Below, one piece after another: positions 15,543 through 24,980 of a stretch of 64,000 nucleotides of DNA. Below the pieces are notes generated by a model. It worked only from the letters and a program-made list of their open reading frames with translations. It searched no databases and was not told the DNA's origin. The translations under genes and the position numbers were made by a program. The stretch lies in contig JADDPT010000016.1 in assembly GCA_016781735.1 (NCBI GenBank), positions 6,554 through 70,553 on the forward strand, written 5' to 3'. The stretch comes from Rubrobacter sp. Lineage in GTDB: Bacteria; Chloroflexota; Chloroflexia; Thermobaculales; Thermobaculaceae. Numbering within the stretch: the first letter of the stretch is position 1; every line of letters begins with the position of its first letter.

Positions 15543-16554
15543 CGGGGGTCGTCCCTACCCGAACCGGAGCCATCCCACGCGACGCCTCGCGACGGATCTT
15601 GTACAGCGACAGGCTATGGGTGGTCCAGTAATAAAATCCCAGCAGCGTCACCGGAACGACAAGGGCTGCGTGAAGCGCCAGCAGATACCCGGTAGCCAGT
15701 TCTCGGTCCATACCCGCAAGTCCTGAAAGCACGAGCAGCGCCCCAACCTCGAATGTGCCGACATAACCCGGCGCCGCGGGCACCAGCGTGGCCAGGTTAG
15801 CCACGGCGAGCGTTAGCAGCACTAACGGCGCACCGACCGGCAGGTCGAAGCCGATAGCGAGCGTCCAGTACATCCCTGCCTCCAGCAGCCACGCAACAAC
15901 CGAGAGCGCGAGAGCAAATCCCACTACCCTTGCGTTCCGCAGCACCCTCACGCCTGTAAGAAAACCGGCGCCGGTGCTCGAAAGCCGGTTAGTCAAGCGT
16001 GTCGGCAGTCGCGCCAGCCAGGGAGCAACATGTCGATAAGTGAGGTCTGGGGCCAGGACGAGCATGAGCAACGGCACGAGTCCGACTCCCAAAGCCAGGG
16101 CCGCGACCAGGGCAACACGCTCCACAGCGCCGCTGAGCGGGACGAGCAGGGCCGCAACGGCAAGTAACAGCAACATCGTGATTGCGTCAAGCAAACGCTC
16201 GACAACCACGGTACCGAGTGCGCTGGCCTTCGGGAGTCGTTCCCGCTGCGAGAGCACATACACACGCACCACCTCGCCCATCCGAGCGGGCAGGACGTCG
16301 TTCGCCATGTAGCCTATGACAACCACCGGGAAGAGGCTGCGGGCCCTGTACCTACCCATCGGCGATAGCAGCCAGCGCCACCTGACAGAGCGAACCCAGA
16401 CACCCGAGAAGTACAGCACAAGCGCGGGGAACACATAACGGTACTCCGCCGTTCGCAGCACGCTCATAGTCTTTGAGAGGTCCTGCCCACGCAACGCTAA
16501 CCAGAGCAGTACCGCGCTCACCAGCACACTGCCCCAGAATCGCCAGTTTCTCAC
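15535..16554 (-). CDS. flippase-like / LPG_synthase_TM (UPF0104) family membrane protein
   Basis: 339-aa polytopic protein. It has the basic N-terminus followed by TM helices and the GYMANDVLPARMGEVVRVY block that I associate with PF03706. Confidence 0.65.
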   Translation of the reverse strand: MRNWRFWGSVLVSAVLLWLALRGQDLSKTMSVLRTAEYRYVFPALVLYFSGVWVRSVRWRWLLSPMGRYRARSLFPVVVIGYMANDVLPARMGEVVRVYVLSQRERLPKASALGTVVVERLLDAITMLLLLAVAALLVPLSGAVERVALVAALALGVGLVPLLMLVLAPDLTYRHVAPWLARLPTRLTNRLSSTGAGFLTGVRVLRNARVVGFALALSVVAWLLEAGMYWTLAIGFDLPVGAPLVLLTLAVANLATLVPAAPGYVGTFEVGALLVLSGLAGMDRELATGYLLALHAALVVPVTLLGFYYWTTHSLSLYKIRREASRGMAPVRVGTTPVD

Positions 16555-16573
16555 GCGAACTCCGTTCTTCCTA

Positions 16574-18955
16574 TCACGGAACCCTAAAGTCTAGCACGTT
16601 GCCCAGCGCACTATCCACGATATACACGACCTCGTCGGACGCTACTGCTAGCCCCGTGGGCGCAAGAAAGGTCCTGTCAGCGGCAGTTCTATACGCCCGA
16701 ATCTCCTTGCCCTGGGCGTTGTAGACAGATACCGTCTGGCTCGCCGGGTCGCTCACGTATACTCGCCCACGGCGGTCCACGGCCACGTACGGCTCCATCC
16801 GCCCTTCCTTGGACTCGCTCGCGAGCGGCCAGCGCCGCAGTGGCTTGCCGGCTTGGGAGAACACCTGAATCCGCCGGTTACGGGCGTCCGCAACGTACAC
16901 GTGGCCGTTCCTTCCCACGGCTATGCCTACCGGCTCGTCCAGCTCGCCGACTCCCGATCCCCCGACACCCCACTGCCGTACGTACCTACCGGTTTGCTGA
17001 TACACCACCACCCGCTTGTTGCCGGTGTCAGTTATGTAGAGCAGGCCATCGCTGCCCAACGCAACGCCTCGCGGACCGTAAAATCCCTGAGGGCTTGCCG
17101 CGTTCCTCCCGGCGTCGCCGCCAGTGTCAACGAACGAGCCCCACGCGCGCACGAACGTGCCGTCCGGGCGAAATTGCTGTATCCGGTGGTTCCACGTGTC
17201 CGCCACCCACACGTACTCGTCCGAGGCTGCGATCCCGGTCGGACCGAGCTGCGGACCGGCATCGCCGAACTGCCCCTCTCCATCGCCCTCCGCGCCCCAG
17301 GCAAGCGCGTATGTGCCGTCCGGCTCGTACTTCTGGATGCGCGAATTCGCCTGGTCAACGACGTACACCGTACCGGAGGGCGCTACGGCTATGCCGACAG
17401 GGCCGTTCAGTTGACCCGGCCGGTCTCCCGGAGGCGCCTTGTCCAGTAAGTCGTATTTTGCCTTCGGCTCGAAGGTGCCGACCTCTGCCTCAGGTGTTAT
17501 CTGCTGCCATACCGACGGTCGCCAGGCAAGGACGGCGGTCGGCTCCGCCGGCCTGGTACCGAACCGCTCGATCTCATAGCCGCTCGATGCTGGGTCGCCC
17601 GGCCCGAGGATCCGGACCTCCGGCCGTTCGTCTCCCCCTGATCCGACGGTCAGGTTTTCGAAGTCGCGCAGGTACCACAACGCCCAATTTGAAACGGAAG
17701 GGGAGACAACGGTCTGCAGGCCCCTGCCGCCCCTCGGCTCTTCAAGGCTTCGCTCCAACCTGTAGAGCTCAAATGACACCCGTTCCACCCGGTTAGCCGC
17801 GTAGCGGATAGCTGGATCGGTTGCCGTGACAGGTCGCACATTGCCGGGTCCAGCCACTATTGGCGCGTCGCCCTGCGCGAGAAGCAGCGATATGCACACC
17901 ACACCAGCCGCCACCAGAGCACCTGCGATAAGCTCACGACCGGGCACCAGTACGCTCATCGCCCGCGCCAACAGCACGGCGCCTGCCCAGGTGAGCACAA
18001 ACCCAGCGGCCGCCGGAGCCGGCCGCACCGGATCGGGAAGCAGGACAGACAGCACTAGCAGAACGCCGCCAGTTGCGGCCAGAAGCCACGACAGACGCGA
18101 AACCGACGCGCGTTTCCAAAGAACCAGAGCCACCGCTAAAAGAACCAGGAGAAATGGCGCACTGGATGCGAAGTGGCGGAGGAACTCGGTCGAACTTGCA
18201 CCGCCTTCTTGCATCCTGACGGTGAAGGGAAGCACGGGCCGACTTGTACCGAACGAGGTGAGACCGGCCAGGCCACTCGATGCGAACGCAGCGACGGCTC
18301 CAGTGACCCACGCTTTACGCGGTAGTCGAAGGCCCGCGATGACAAGCACGCTGAGCAACACGGCAGCCATCCACCAACCAGTCGTACCGAACGCGAGAAG
18401 GTATCCTGTGACGGCGGCGGCCCCGATGAGCGACCAGGGCCACAAGTGTACAGAGGACACAAGTGCTATACCAAGCATCGCGAGGAATACAACTACTCCG
18501 TCCGGCGCGACGACAGCATCCAGCCGCAACCAGAAAGGTGCGACCGCCAGCAGCACAGCGGCCACTAATACGGCGCCGCGCCCGGCGACCCTACCAACGG
18601 GAACGCAGAGTAGTATCGCGCCCAGCCCCGCGAGCAGTGACAGCAGCCGGACGCTGACGTCTCCGCCACCGAAAGCGAGCTGGGCCAGAGAGAGGAGTTG
18701 AGAGTAACCGGGAGCTGCGCGGTAATACGGCCCGGCCTCTGCCCTGCCCGCTAACAACCTCCAGCCGTCCAGGGCGTAGCCAGCCTCGTCATAGCTCAGT
18801 ACGGGAACTCGGAGTGCTGGGAACCGCAGCACGACCGCCACAACCAGTATCAGCACGAATAGTGCGGGCCACAGGCTGCGCAGCGCGGCGAGCGGACGGG
18901 AATGGATGCCGGAGGAGGATCGCGCCGCATGCGGGCGCCTGGAGACGTAAGCCAA
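16574..18955 (-). CDS. GT-C-like (PMT/ArnT-type) polytopic membrane domain fused to a six-bladed NHL-repeat propeller
   Basis: The N-terminal ~450 aa are multi-TM, with YDEAGY in the first loop. The C-terminus carries six NHL units (for example GPVGIAVAPSGTVYVVDQANSRIQKY and GPTGIAASDEYVWVADTWNHRIQQF). The start is uncertain. TTG 18955 was chosen because the longer ORF would overlap the upstream gene. Confidence 0.65.
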   Translation of the reverse strand: MAYVSRRPHAARSSSGIHSRPLAALRSLWPALFVLILVVAVVLRFPALRVPVLSYDEAGYALDGWRLLAGRAEAGPYYRAAPGYSQLLSLAQLAFGGGDVSVRLLSLLAGLGAILLCVPVGRVAGRGAVLVAAVLLAVAPFWLRLDAVVAPDGVVVFLAMLGIALVSSVHLWPWSLIGAAAVTGYLLAFGTTGWWMAAVLLSVLVIAGLRLPRKAWVTGAVAAFASSGLAGLTSFGTSRPVLPFTVRMQEGGASSTEFLRHFASSAPFLLVLLAVALVLWKRASVSRLSWLLAATGGVLLVLSVLLPDPVRPAPAAAGFVLTWAGAVLLARAMSVLVPGRELIAGALVAAGVVCISLLLAQGDAPIVAGPGNVRPVTATDPAIRYAANRVERVSFELYRLERSLEEPRGGRGLQTVVSPSVSNWALWYLRDFENLTVGSGGDERPEVRILGPGDPASSGYEIERFGTRPAEPTAVLAWRPSVWQQITPEAEVGTFEPKAKYDLLDKAPPGDRPGQLNGPVGIAVAPSGTVYVVDQANSRIQKYEPDGTYALAWGAEGDGEGQFGDAGPQLGPTGIAASDEYVWVADTWNHRIQQFRPDGTFVRAWGSFVDTGGDAGRNAASPQGFYGPRGVALGSDGLLYITDTGNKRVVVYQQTGRYVRQWGVGGSGVGELDEPVGIAVGRNGHVYVADARNRRIQVFSQAGKPLRRWPLASESKEGRMEPYVAVDRRGRVYVSDPASQTVSVYNAQGKEIRAYRTAADRTFLAPTGLAVASDEVVYIVDSALGNVLDFRVP

Positions 18956-18957
18956 GC

Positions 18958-21162
18958 CTAATATCGCCCTGAGTTGTACAACCCCACCAGATCGTTCCGC
19001 ACGTACACGACCATATCGGTGGACTCTAGGGTGCCGTCCGGCCGGCGGTACATCACGTATCGCCACAGCATCGCCTGGTTTTCCGGCTTCGAGAAGGCGA
19101 TCAGCCGCGAGACAATGTTTTTCGCATTCACCACCACTGCCTCGAGCGGGCCCCTGCCTTCTAATTGCTCCTTCGGCACGATCTGTCGGTACATCGCCTC
19201 GGGAAACCACCAGCGCATAGGGTAGCGGTACGCTGTGTAGTTCCCCATGAACGGCTTGACCTTCTCCTGGTTCTCCACGCCGATCAACACGAACTGTACG
19301 TCCGCCGTTGGTACCGCGTCTGGCCCCTGGTCTCTGAAATTGGCGTTGTCAAAATCGCGCAGGTACCAGACGAACGGCCACGAGACCTTGCTATCGTAAA
19401 TGATCTTGGCGTCTTTCCCGCCCGTGGTTTCTTCGGAAAGCGCCTCCATCGCGGCCACAACGTTCGGCACCCTGGGTGTTGTCTGTACATATATGGCCTG
19501 TTCCACCGGAACATCCGAATTAATGTACGACAGTCTGAAAGCGGAGCCGACCGTGTAGACAGTGAGCATCCCAAGTCCAAGCAGGGCGAAGGATCGGCCT
19601 GCCGCTCGCGGTCCCAACCAATATGCAGCCGCCGCGGCGACGAGAACGAGCGCTGCCGTTCCGTATACGAGTGGTGACTGCCCCGTAGGCTGCTCCTGCA
19701 GCGACCAGCTTGCCATCCGGTAGACGATCCATAGGACGATCACGGATGCCAGGCCGACGAATGCCCAACCGCCTGGTCGCCGTGCTGTCCAGTTTCGCCG
19801 CCAGCCCTCTTCGAAGCCGAGTGCTCGAGTTCCCCATACCGACGCGATCATTATCAGCGGCAGCGCGATATGGACCGACAGCCACGGCATCTTCTCGCCC
19901 GCCCAGCTGTATATGACGAAGCTCATCACGGTCCACCACATCATGAGAGCGTACGAGATCTCGAACACGTCGAGAGACCTGAGGTGTCCCCTCCGTCGCG
20001 CTAGCCAGTACAGGCCGTATGCGATAGCCGCGCTGCCGAACAACACTGCAATCGGTTCGTAGACCGGCTCCAACGTGGCGTAGTAGTACCATGGCTGCTC
20101 GCCTCGCTGCACCTCCTGCTGCGCGATCCAGTAGAAGAGCGCCCCGAGTGAGCCGCTGAAGAGCCCACCTGGCCAGTTCGTGAAGAGGCTCGTGTAGAGG
20201 GGAACAGAGATTAGAAGAAAGCTGACAACCATGATGAGTATCTGCAGCCAAACGCGAGGCGTTCGGAAGAAGGCCTCACTGAAAGCGTTCGCTCCGCGAA
20301 GTCCGGATCCAATCTCCCTACCCTGCCGGAGAACACGGTCTCGCCAGACCAGCATTCCGAGCCCGAGAGCCCACATGGCACTGAAGCCCAACGTGGAGAG
20401 CACTTGCGGGCTCCGCAACATTGTACGCGCGTAGCCAACACTCTTCTCCCAGCTCGGGTCCTCAAACGGGATAGCGGGCAACGACGCCCAACCCAGCACC
20501 TTCGGCAGGATGACCATGCCCAGTAGCGCTCCTATCGGCAGCAGAGTAAGCCAGGCTAGACTCTTCTTCGAGTGTGCCAGGAACAACGCTCCACCTATGA
20601 ACGTCCCGAAGATGAACAGCACTATGAAGCTGATCTCTTTCGAGACGAACAGCAGCACCCAGTTCACCCACGCTACATGGATCCACGCCGGATTACGGGA
20701 ATCCATCCAGCGCACGATCCCGATGAAGATGAGCAAGGTAAAAGCGACACACCACGCTTCGTTCCTTGCGAAGCGGCCGTAGTACCAGATCTGCGGCGAG
20801 ATCAGCAGTCCGAACGATGCGACCAGCATCGAGACGCTACCGAGCTGACGCCGTAGCAGGTACGGCAATGCCACCGTTACCGTGCCGAAGAGTGCCGGGA
20901 CCACGCGCGCCGCGGCGTCCGTCGCGCCTCCGAGAAGCTTGTACGCCAGCGCCGTCATGTGGAACAGCAGCGGGCCGTGCATCATCGGGTCGTGTGTGTA
21001 ACCACGACCTTCGTAGTAGATCCACGAGAAGTACGCATGGAGGCTCTCATCGTGGTGCAAAGCGCGGGAACCCAGGTCCCAAAAGCGTGTTGCCGTCGCG
21101 GCTACGACAAAGAGCGCGTACAGCAACACCTCGACGGTCAGTGCGTCGTGTAGCCACGCCAT
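18958..21162 (-). CDS. large polytopic membrane protein, TIGR03663/Agl23-like (distant GT-C)
   Basis: Reads MAWLHDALTVEVLLYALFVVAATATRFWDLGSRALHHDESLHAYFSW..., with more than 12 predicted TM helices and a soluble C-terminal domain. ATG 21162 was preferred over the extended ORF start at 21315. Confidence 0.6.
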   Translation of the reverse strand: MAWLHDALTVEVLLYALFVVAATATRFWDLGSRALHHDESLHAYFSWIYYEGRGYTHDPMMHGPLLFHMTALAYKLLGGATDAAARVVPALFGTVTVALPYLLRRQLGSVSMLVASFGLLISPQIWYYGRFARNEAWCVAFTLLIFIGIVRWMDSRNPAWIHVAWVNWVLLFVSKEISFIVLFIFGTFIGGALFLAHSKKSLAWLTLLPIGALLGMVILPKVLGWASLPAIPFEDPSWEKSVGYARTMLRSPQVLSTLGFSAMWALGLGMLVWRDRVLRQGREIGSGLRGANAFSEAFFRTPRVWLQILIMVVSFLLISVPLYTSLFTNWPGGLFSGSLGALFYWIAQQEVQRGEQPWYYYATLEPVYEPIAVLFGSAAIAYGLYWLARRRGHLRSLDVFEISYALMMWWTVMSFVIYSWAGEKMPWLSVHIALPLIMIASVWGTRALGFEEGWRRNWTARRPGGWAFVGLASVIVLWIVYRMASWSLQEQPTGQSPLVYGTAALVLVAAAAAYWLGPRAAGRSFALLGLGMLTVYTVGSAFRLSYINSDVPVEQAIYVQTTPRVPNVVAAMEALSEETTGGKDAKIIYDSKVSWPFVWYLRDFDNANFRDQGPDAVPTADVQFVLIGVENQEKVKPFMGNYTAYRYPMRWWFPEAMYRQIVPKEQLEGRGPLEAVVVNAKNIVSRLIAFSKPENQAMLWRYVMYRRPDGTLESTDMVVYVRNDLVGLYNSGRY

Positions 21163-21478
21163 TGCGCGCGACAGGCTACCCGAAACACCGCGAAGTCGTG
21201 TCGATGATGCCTTCCGCGTCGCGGGAATGCTGATCGGTCGGATCGTGGACCGGTCCAAACACAACCTCCGGAAGTAAGTTACACGGAAACGACGCCAAGC
21301 GAAGGTGTCGCCCATCAGTCAATAAGCAGTGGATAGGTCCAAACCTGGACTCCCGTCCGCGGTCCGGCTCTTTATTCTACAAGACTAAACGGGAGAGGCA
21401 CAAAGAAGGTTCCGTGCTCCGAGCCCCGGGGGTATCCTGACTCAGACCAGTGAGTCTGGGAGTTAGCCACTCGACGCG

Positions 21479-21808
21479 CTAGAGCCCTATGCGCGCTCGT
21501 TGGGGCCCGAACAGGGAGATCAGCCAGCCCACGACAAGCATCAGGATGCCGAGGAGCTCGCGGGCGAGCCAGATTGCTATGGGCAGAGAAGCCACGAGGA
21601 AGGGACCACGCAGCTGAACCTCCCCGCCGGTGAGCACACTCAGCACGGCGTCTATCCCGAACGCCAAGAGGGCCACCGTCGTGGCCAGCCAAGTCAGGGC
21701 CGCAGCCGCAGCCGCGCGATTGCCCGACCGGTAGCCATACCATACTAGGCCGACCAGCTCGGCCAGTATGGACGGCAGCGCGCGGAGTAATAGGCCGGCT
21801 CGGAACAA
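21479..21808 (-). CDS. small hypothetical membrane protein
   Basis: 109 aa with three hydrophobic segments. No family was recognised. Confidence 0.4.
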   Translation of the reverse strand: MFRAGLLLRALPSILAELVGLVWYGYRSGNRAAAAAALTWLATTVALLAFGIDAVLSVLTGGEVQLRGPFLVASLPIAIWLARELLGILMLVVGWLISLFGPQRARIGL

Positions 21809-21952
21809 CTGTTTGACCTCCTGTCCGGGGTGAATACCCAGATGTACGCAGGCTAGCGTACCCGTCCAGGCAGACAGTAGCCAGCAGTTGTAAACGGGGG
21901 TTTAGCAGCCTGCGGATGCACGAGAGGAGTTGCTGGTCCAGGCCAAGGTGCT

Positions 21953-22219
21953 CTAGGTGCGGTGCGGCTCGAGTTCCACCCTGACGGTCTCGCCGCTGCT
22001 CGGTGATGTGCCGCCACTCTGTTCAAAACCATCGTTGGAGGACTTCTGAGAAGAACCGGGCCGAACCTTTTGCAGCAATCGCTGGCGCGTCTGTCCGCCC
22101 GAGGCAGGAGCGCACATTAAGCCGACGAGAGCGCCGACTACCGCTCCAAGCAGCAGCCCTGAGATGAATCCGCTCTCGTCCGCCTGCCTGATCACCACTA
22201 CCGGGTCGTCATTTGCCAT
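21953..22219 (-). CDS. YtxH-like protein
   Basis: Hydrophobic glycine-zipper helix GFISGLLLGAVVGALVGLMCAPASG followed by a polar tail, typical of YtxH-domain proteins. Confidence 0.5.
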   Translation of the reverse strand: MANDDPVVVIRQADESGFISGLLLGAVVGALVGLMCAPASGGQTRQRLLQKVRPGSSQKSSNDGFEQSGGTSPSSGETVRVELEPHRT

Positions 22220-22580
22220 CGTTGGGCCTCACTAGTGTCTGCACGGCCGCGCGCGCGCCGGCCGCCGCTGCGGATACCTTGATCAGCGGGGACGCCACTC
22301 GCTCGCTAACGAAGCCGGTCGTCCCACGTACGCTCTCCATGCCTGAGCTAGCCTTGTCGAACACCTCGGGAACCCTGGAGCGTATGTAGCTGAATAATCC
22401 AAACAGGGCGAAGGCAACCCCGACGAGTCCGAGTACGAACAGCAGCAGGAAGATGCTGATCGCGATGAGGAGGAGGTCACGGAGGTTGGGCAGCGTCGTG
22501 CCCACCACAAACCACATGATGATGACAATGGCGTAGACAGCCAGTATGCCGACGGCCGCACCAATAAGCGCTTTCTTCAA
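22209..22580 (-). CDS. small membrane protein (DUF948-like?)
   Basis: Two or three N-terminal TM helices and a polar helical C-terminus. The stop overlaps the YtxH-like start. Confidence 0.45.
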   Translation of the reverse strand: MKKALIGAAVGILAVYAIVIIMWFVVGTTLPNLRDLLLIAISIFLLLFVLGLVGVAFALFGLFSYIRSRVPEVFDKASSGMESVRGTTGFVSERVASPLIKVSAAAAGARAAVQTLVRPNDGK

Positions 22581-22697
22581 TCAGACCTCCACTGCGAACG
22601 CCGGAAGGCGCCGGCCCGCTCAACTGCCGAGCCACAGTATATCACTGGGGTGTGCCTTTACGGCGCAAAAGTGATGCCACGCCTTGGTCTCGGAATC

Positions 22698-23762
22698 TCA
22701 GGCGACCGTGCCGCCACCAAGAACCTGCTCGCCATCGTAGAACACCACCGCCTGTCCGGGCGCCACGTTCCCTGCCGACAGTAGCTCCACCTCCACGGTT
22801 TGCTCGTCTCGGGGATGGACTACCACGGGTAGACTCTTACCGCGATAGCGAAGCTTCGCATGTGCATGCAACTTCGCGGACGGTGACTGCCCGTTGGTCC
22901 AACTGACGTTGCGCAGCAGGAGCCTCTCGGTAGCAAGCTTTTCACGCGGCCCGACGACTATGGTGTTCGTTTCCCGCTCAACACGCAGGACGTACAGCGG
23001 CTGCCCCCCGGCTATGCCGAGTCCCCTGCGCTGCCCTACCGTGTAGTACGCGATGCCCGCGTGCTGGCCGAGCTCGCGACCTGCCAGATCACGGATAGGC
23101 CCAGGCGCTGACGCCTCCGGCGCTCGCAGTGCCACGAACTTGCGGTAATCACCGTCGGGGATGAAACAGATGTCCTGGCTCTCCGGCTTCCGAGCCGTTA
23201 GGAGGCCATACTGCTCGGCGAGCCGCCTCGTTTCCGTCTTCGTCTGCTCCCCTATAGGCAGCATGGTGCGGTCGAGCTCCCTCGGCGTCAGCATGTAGAG
23301 CGCATAGCTCTGATCTTTGTCAGGATCAACACCCGTCAGCAGTCGCGAGCGACCATCCGAACGGGCGACCCGTGCGTAATGCCCTGTAGCGATGTAGTCG
23401 GCGCCGAGTGCCATTGCGCGGTCGAAGAGGTGCTTGAACTTCACCTGGGCGTTACAGGCGATACAAGGGTTCGGTGTGCGTCCACGGGTATACTCCCCCA
23501 CGAAGTGGTCCACCACGTCGCGTCCGAACTCCCGCTCCATGTTTAGCGCGTAGAAGGGTACGCCGATCCGGTTGCACACCGCCTCCGCATCCCGCATGGA
23601 ATCGAGGGTGCAGCACTGCTTGTTGAGCCGGTACGCGTCCTTCTCCGCCTTCGAGTAAAGCCGCAAGTTCACTCCGAACACGGAGTGACCCTGCTCCTTC
23701 AGCATCGCCGCCGCCACGGAGGAATCCACGCCCCCGCTCATAGCTACAACAACCGTTGCCAT
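22698..23762 (-). CDS. mnmA: tRNA 2-thiouridine(34) synthase MnmA
   Basis: PP-loop VVAMSGGVDSSVAAAML and conserved Cys motifs (CCTLDS, NPCIACN). Confidence 0.92.
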   Translation of the reverse strand: MATVVVAMSGGVDSSVAAAMLKEQGHSVFGVNLRLYSKAEKDAYRLNKQCCTLDSMRDAEAVCNRIGVPFYALNMEREFGRDVVDHFVGEYTRGRTPNPCIACNAQVKFKHLFDRAMALGADYIATGHYARVARSDGRSRLLTGVDPDKDQSYALYMLTPRELDRTMLPIGEQTKTETRRLAEQYGLLTARKPESQDICFIPDGDYRKFVALRAPEASAPGPIRDLAGRELGQHAGIAYYTVGQRRGLGIAGGQPLYVLRVERETNTIVVGPREKLATERLLLRNVSWTNGQSPSAKLHAHAKLRYRGKSLPVVVHPRDEQTVEVELLSAGNVAPGQAVVFYDGEQVLGGGTVA

Positions 23763-23790
23763 ACTAGTCCGATTATCTCCTCAGGGTCCC

Positions 23791-24690
23791 TTAGACCAGT
23801 TCCGGCGCCGCCTCGGCAACATCGGGCACAGTCTCCGGCAGCACCCGCAGCAGGGCCACTATCGCAGTCTCAAGCATTCCCTCATCCGGCTCCCTGGTGG
23901 TAAGCGCCTGCATCGCCAGGCTCGGGGCGAGAATCATGCGGACCGGCCCGATATGGTAGTAGCGTGCACCCAGGCGGATGATCTCGTAGGAGATCGCAGC
24001 GATCACTGGAACGAGCAGGATGCGGGAAAGGATCCTCAACCACAGCGCCGGCCATCCCAGGGTGGCAAACACGAGCACCGACACGAAGACAACGAAAAGC
24101 AGGAACCCAGTGCCGCATCTCGGATGCCGCGTGCTGTATTTCATTACCTCCGACGGCACCAGCGTCGCACCCGCCTCGTACGCGTTGATCGTCTTATGTT
24201 CTGCTCCGTGATACCCGAAGACACGTCTTATGTCCGGCACCCTGCCAATGAGGTAGATGTACGCGACCAGGATCACGAGCCGGACGACTCCTTCCGCGAG
24301 GTTCTTTGAGAAGTCCGATTCCAGCCACGGATCGAGCAAGCTCGCGGCCGCGAGCGGGAGTATGAAGAACAGAAACACTGCAAACGCTATCGAAAGGATC
24401 ACTGTCACGACCAGCCCGGCGCCGGAAGACTCCTTCTCCTCCTCGCCCGTTGCCACTCGCGCTGAGAAGCCCATCGCCTTCACCCCGAGCGACATCATCT
24501 CCCACAGCATGACTATGCCGCGTACGAAGGGTGTTCGCGCCAGCGTACCGGAAAAGATCCGCGGGTTGAGTGGCTCTTCGTAGAACGCCAGAGTGCCGTC
24601 GGGACGTCGCACGGCCACGGCCATCTCCTCCCTACCGCGCATCATCACGCCCTCGAGGACCGCCTGTCCGCCATAGTAGAATTTGCTCAA
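23791..24690 (-). CDS. DUF1385 domain-containing membrane protein
   Basis: YGGQAVLEGVMMRG N-terminus, an HGAEHK motif and TM helices. Confidence 0.8.
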   Translation of the reverse strand: MSKFYYGGQAVLEGVMMRGREEMAVAVRRPDGTLAFYEEPLNPRIFSGTLARTPFVRGIVMLWEMMSLGVKAMGFSARVATGEEEKESSGAGLVVTVILSIAFAVFLFFILPLAAASLLDPWLESDFSKNLAEGVVRLVILVAYIYLIGRVPDIRRVFGYHGAEHKTINAYEAGATLVPSEVMKYSTRHPRCGTGFLLFVVFVSVLVFATLGWPALWLRILSRILLVPVIAAISYEIIRLGARYYHIGPVRMILAPSLAMQALTTREPDEGMLETAIVALLRVLPETVPDVAEAAPELV

Positions 24691-24980
24691 CCGCTTCTCC
24701 CCCGCTCATATGTCTGGAGCGGCACAGGCAATTCTAACAAAACGAAGTAGCCGTCACGCTCTTCGGCCGTACTGATCTCGAATCCGACGAGGGTCCGTGG
24801 CGGCGACACCACAGCGACGCAGCAGCGGAGTCTGTCACTGGGCATCCGTCGCTGGGAAGACAGGACTGCACACGAAATCACTGCGCCATGTGGGGCGAGA
24901 GAAACGTCGAGACAGACACGTCAGCCTCCATCCGGCTGCTGATTGCGGCCCCTCCTGCTCTCTGCTAGCATCGTACCACG

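Noticed and set aside
16840-18701. 318-aa and 291-aa plus-strand ORFs (16840..17796 and 17826..18701)
   Set aside because: They are antisense to the GT-C/NHL gene. They have extreme Arg/Pro/Ser/Thr/Ala composition and no motifs.
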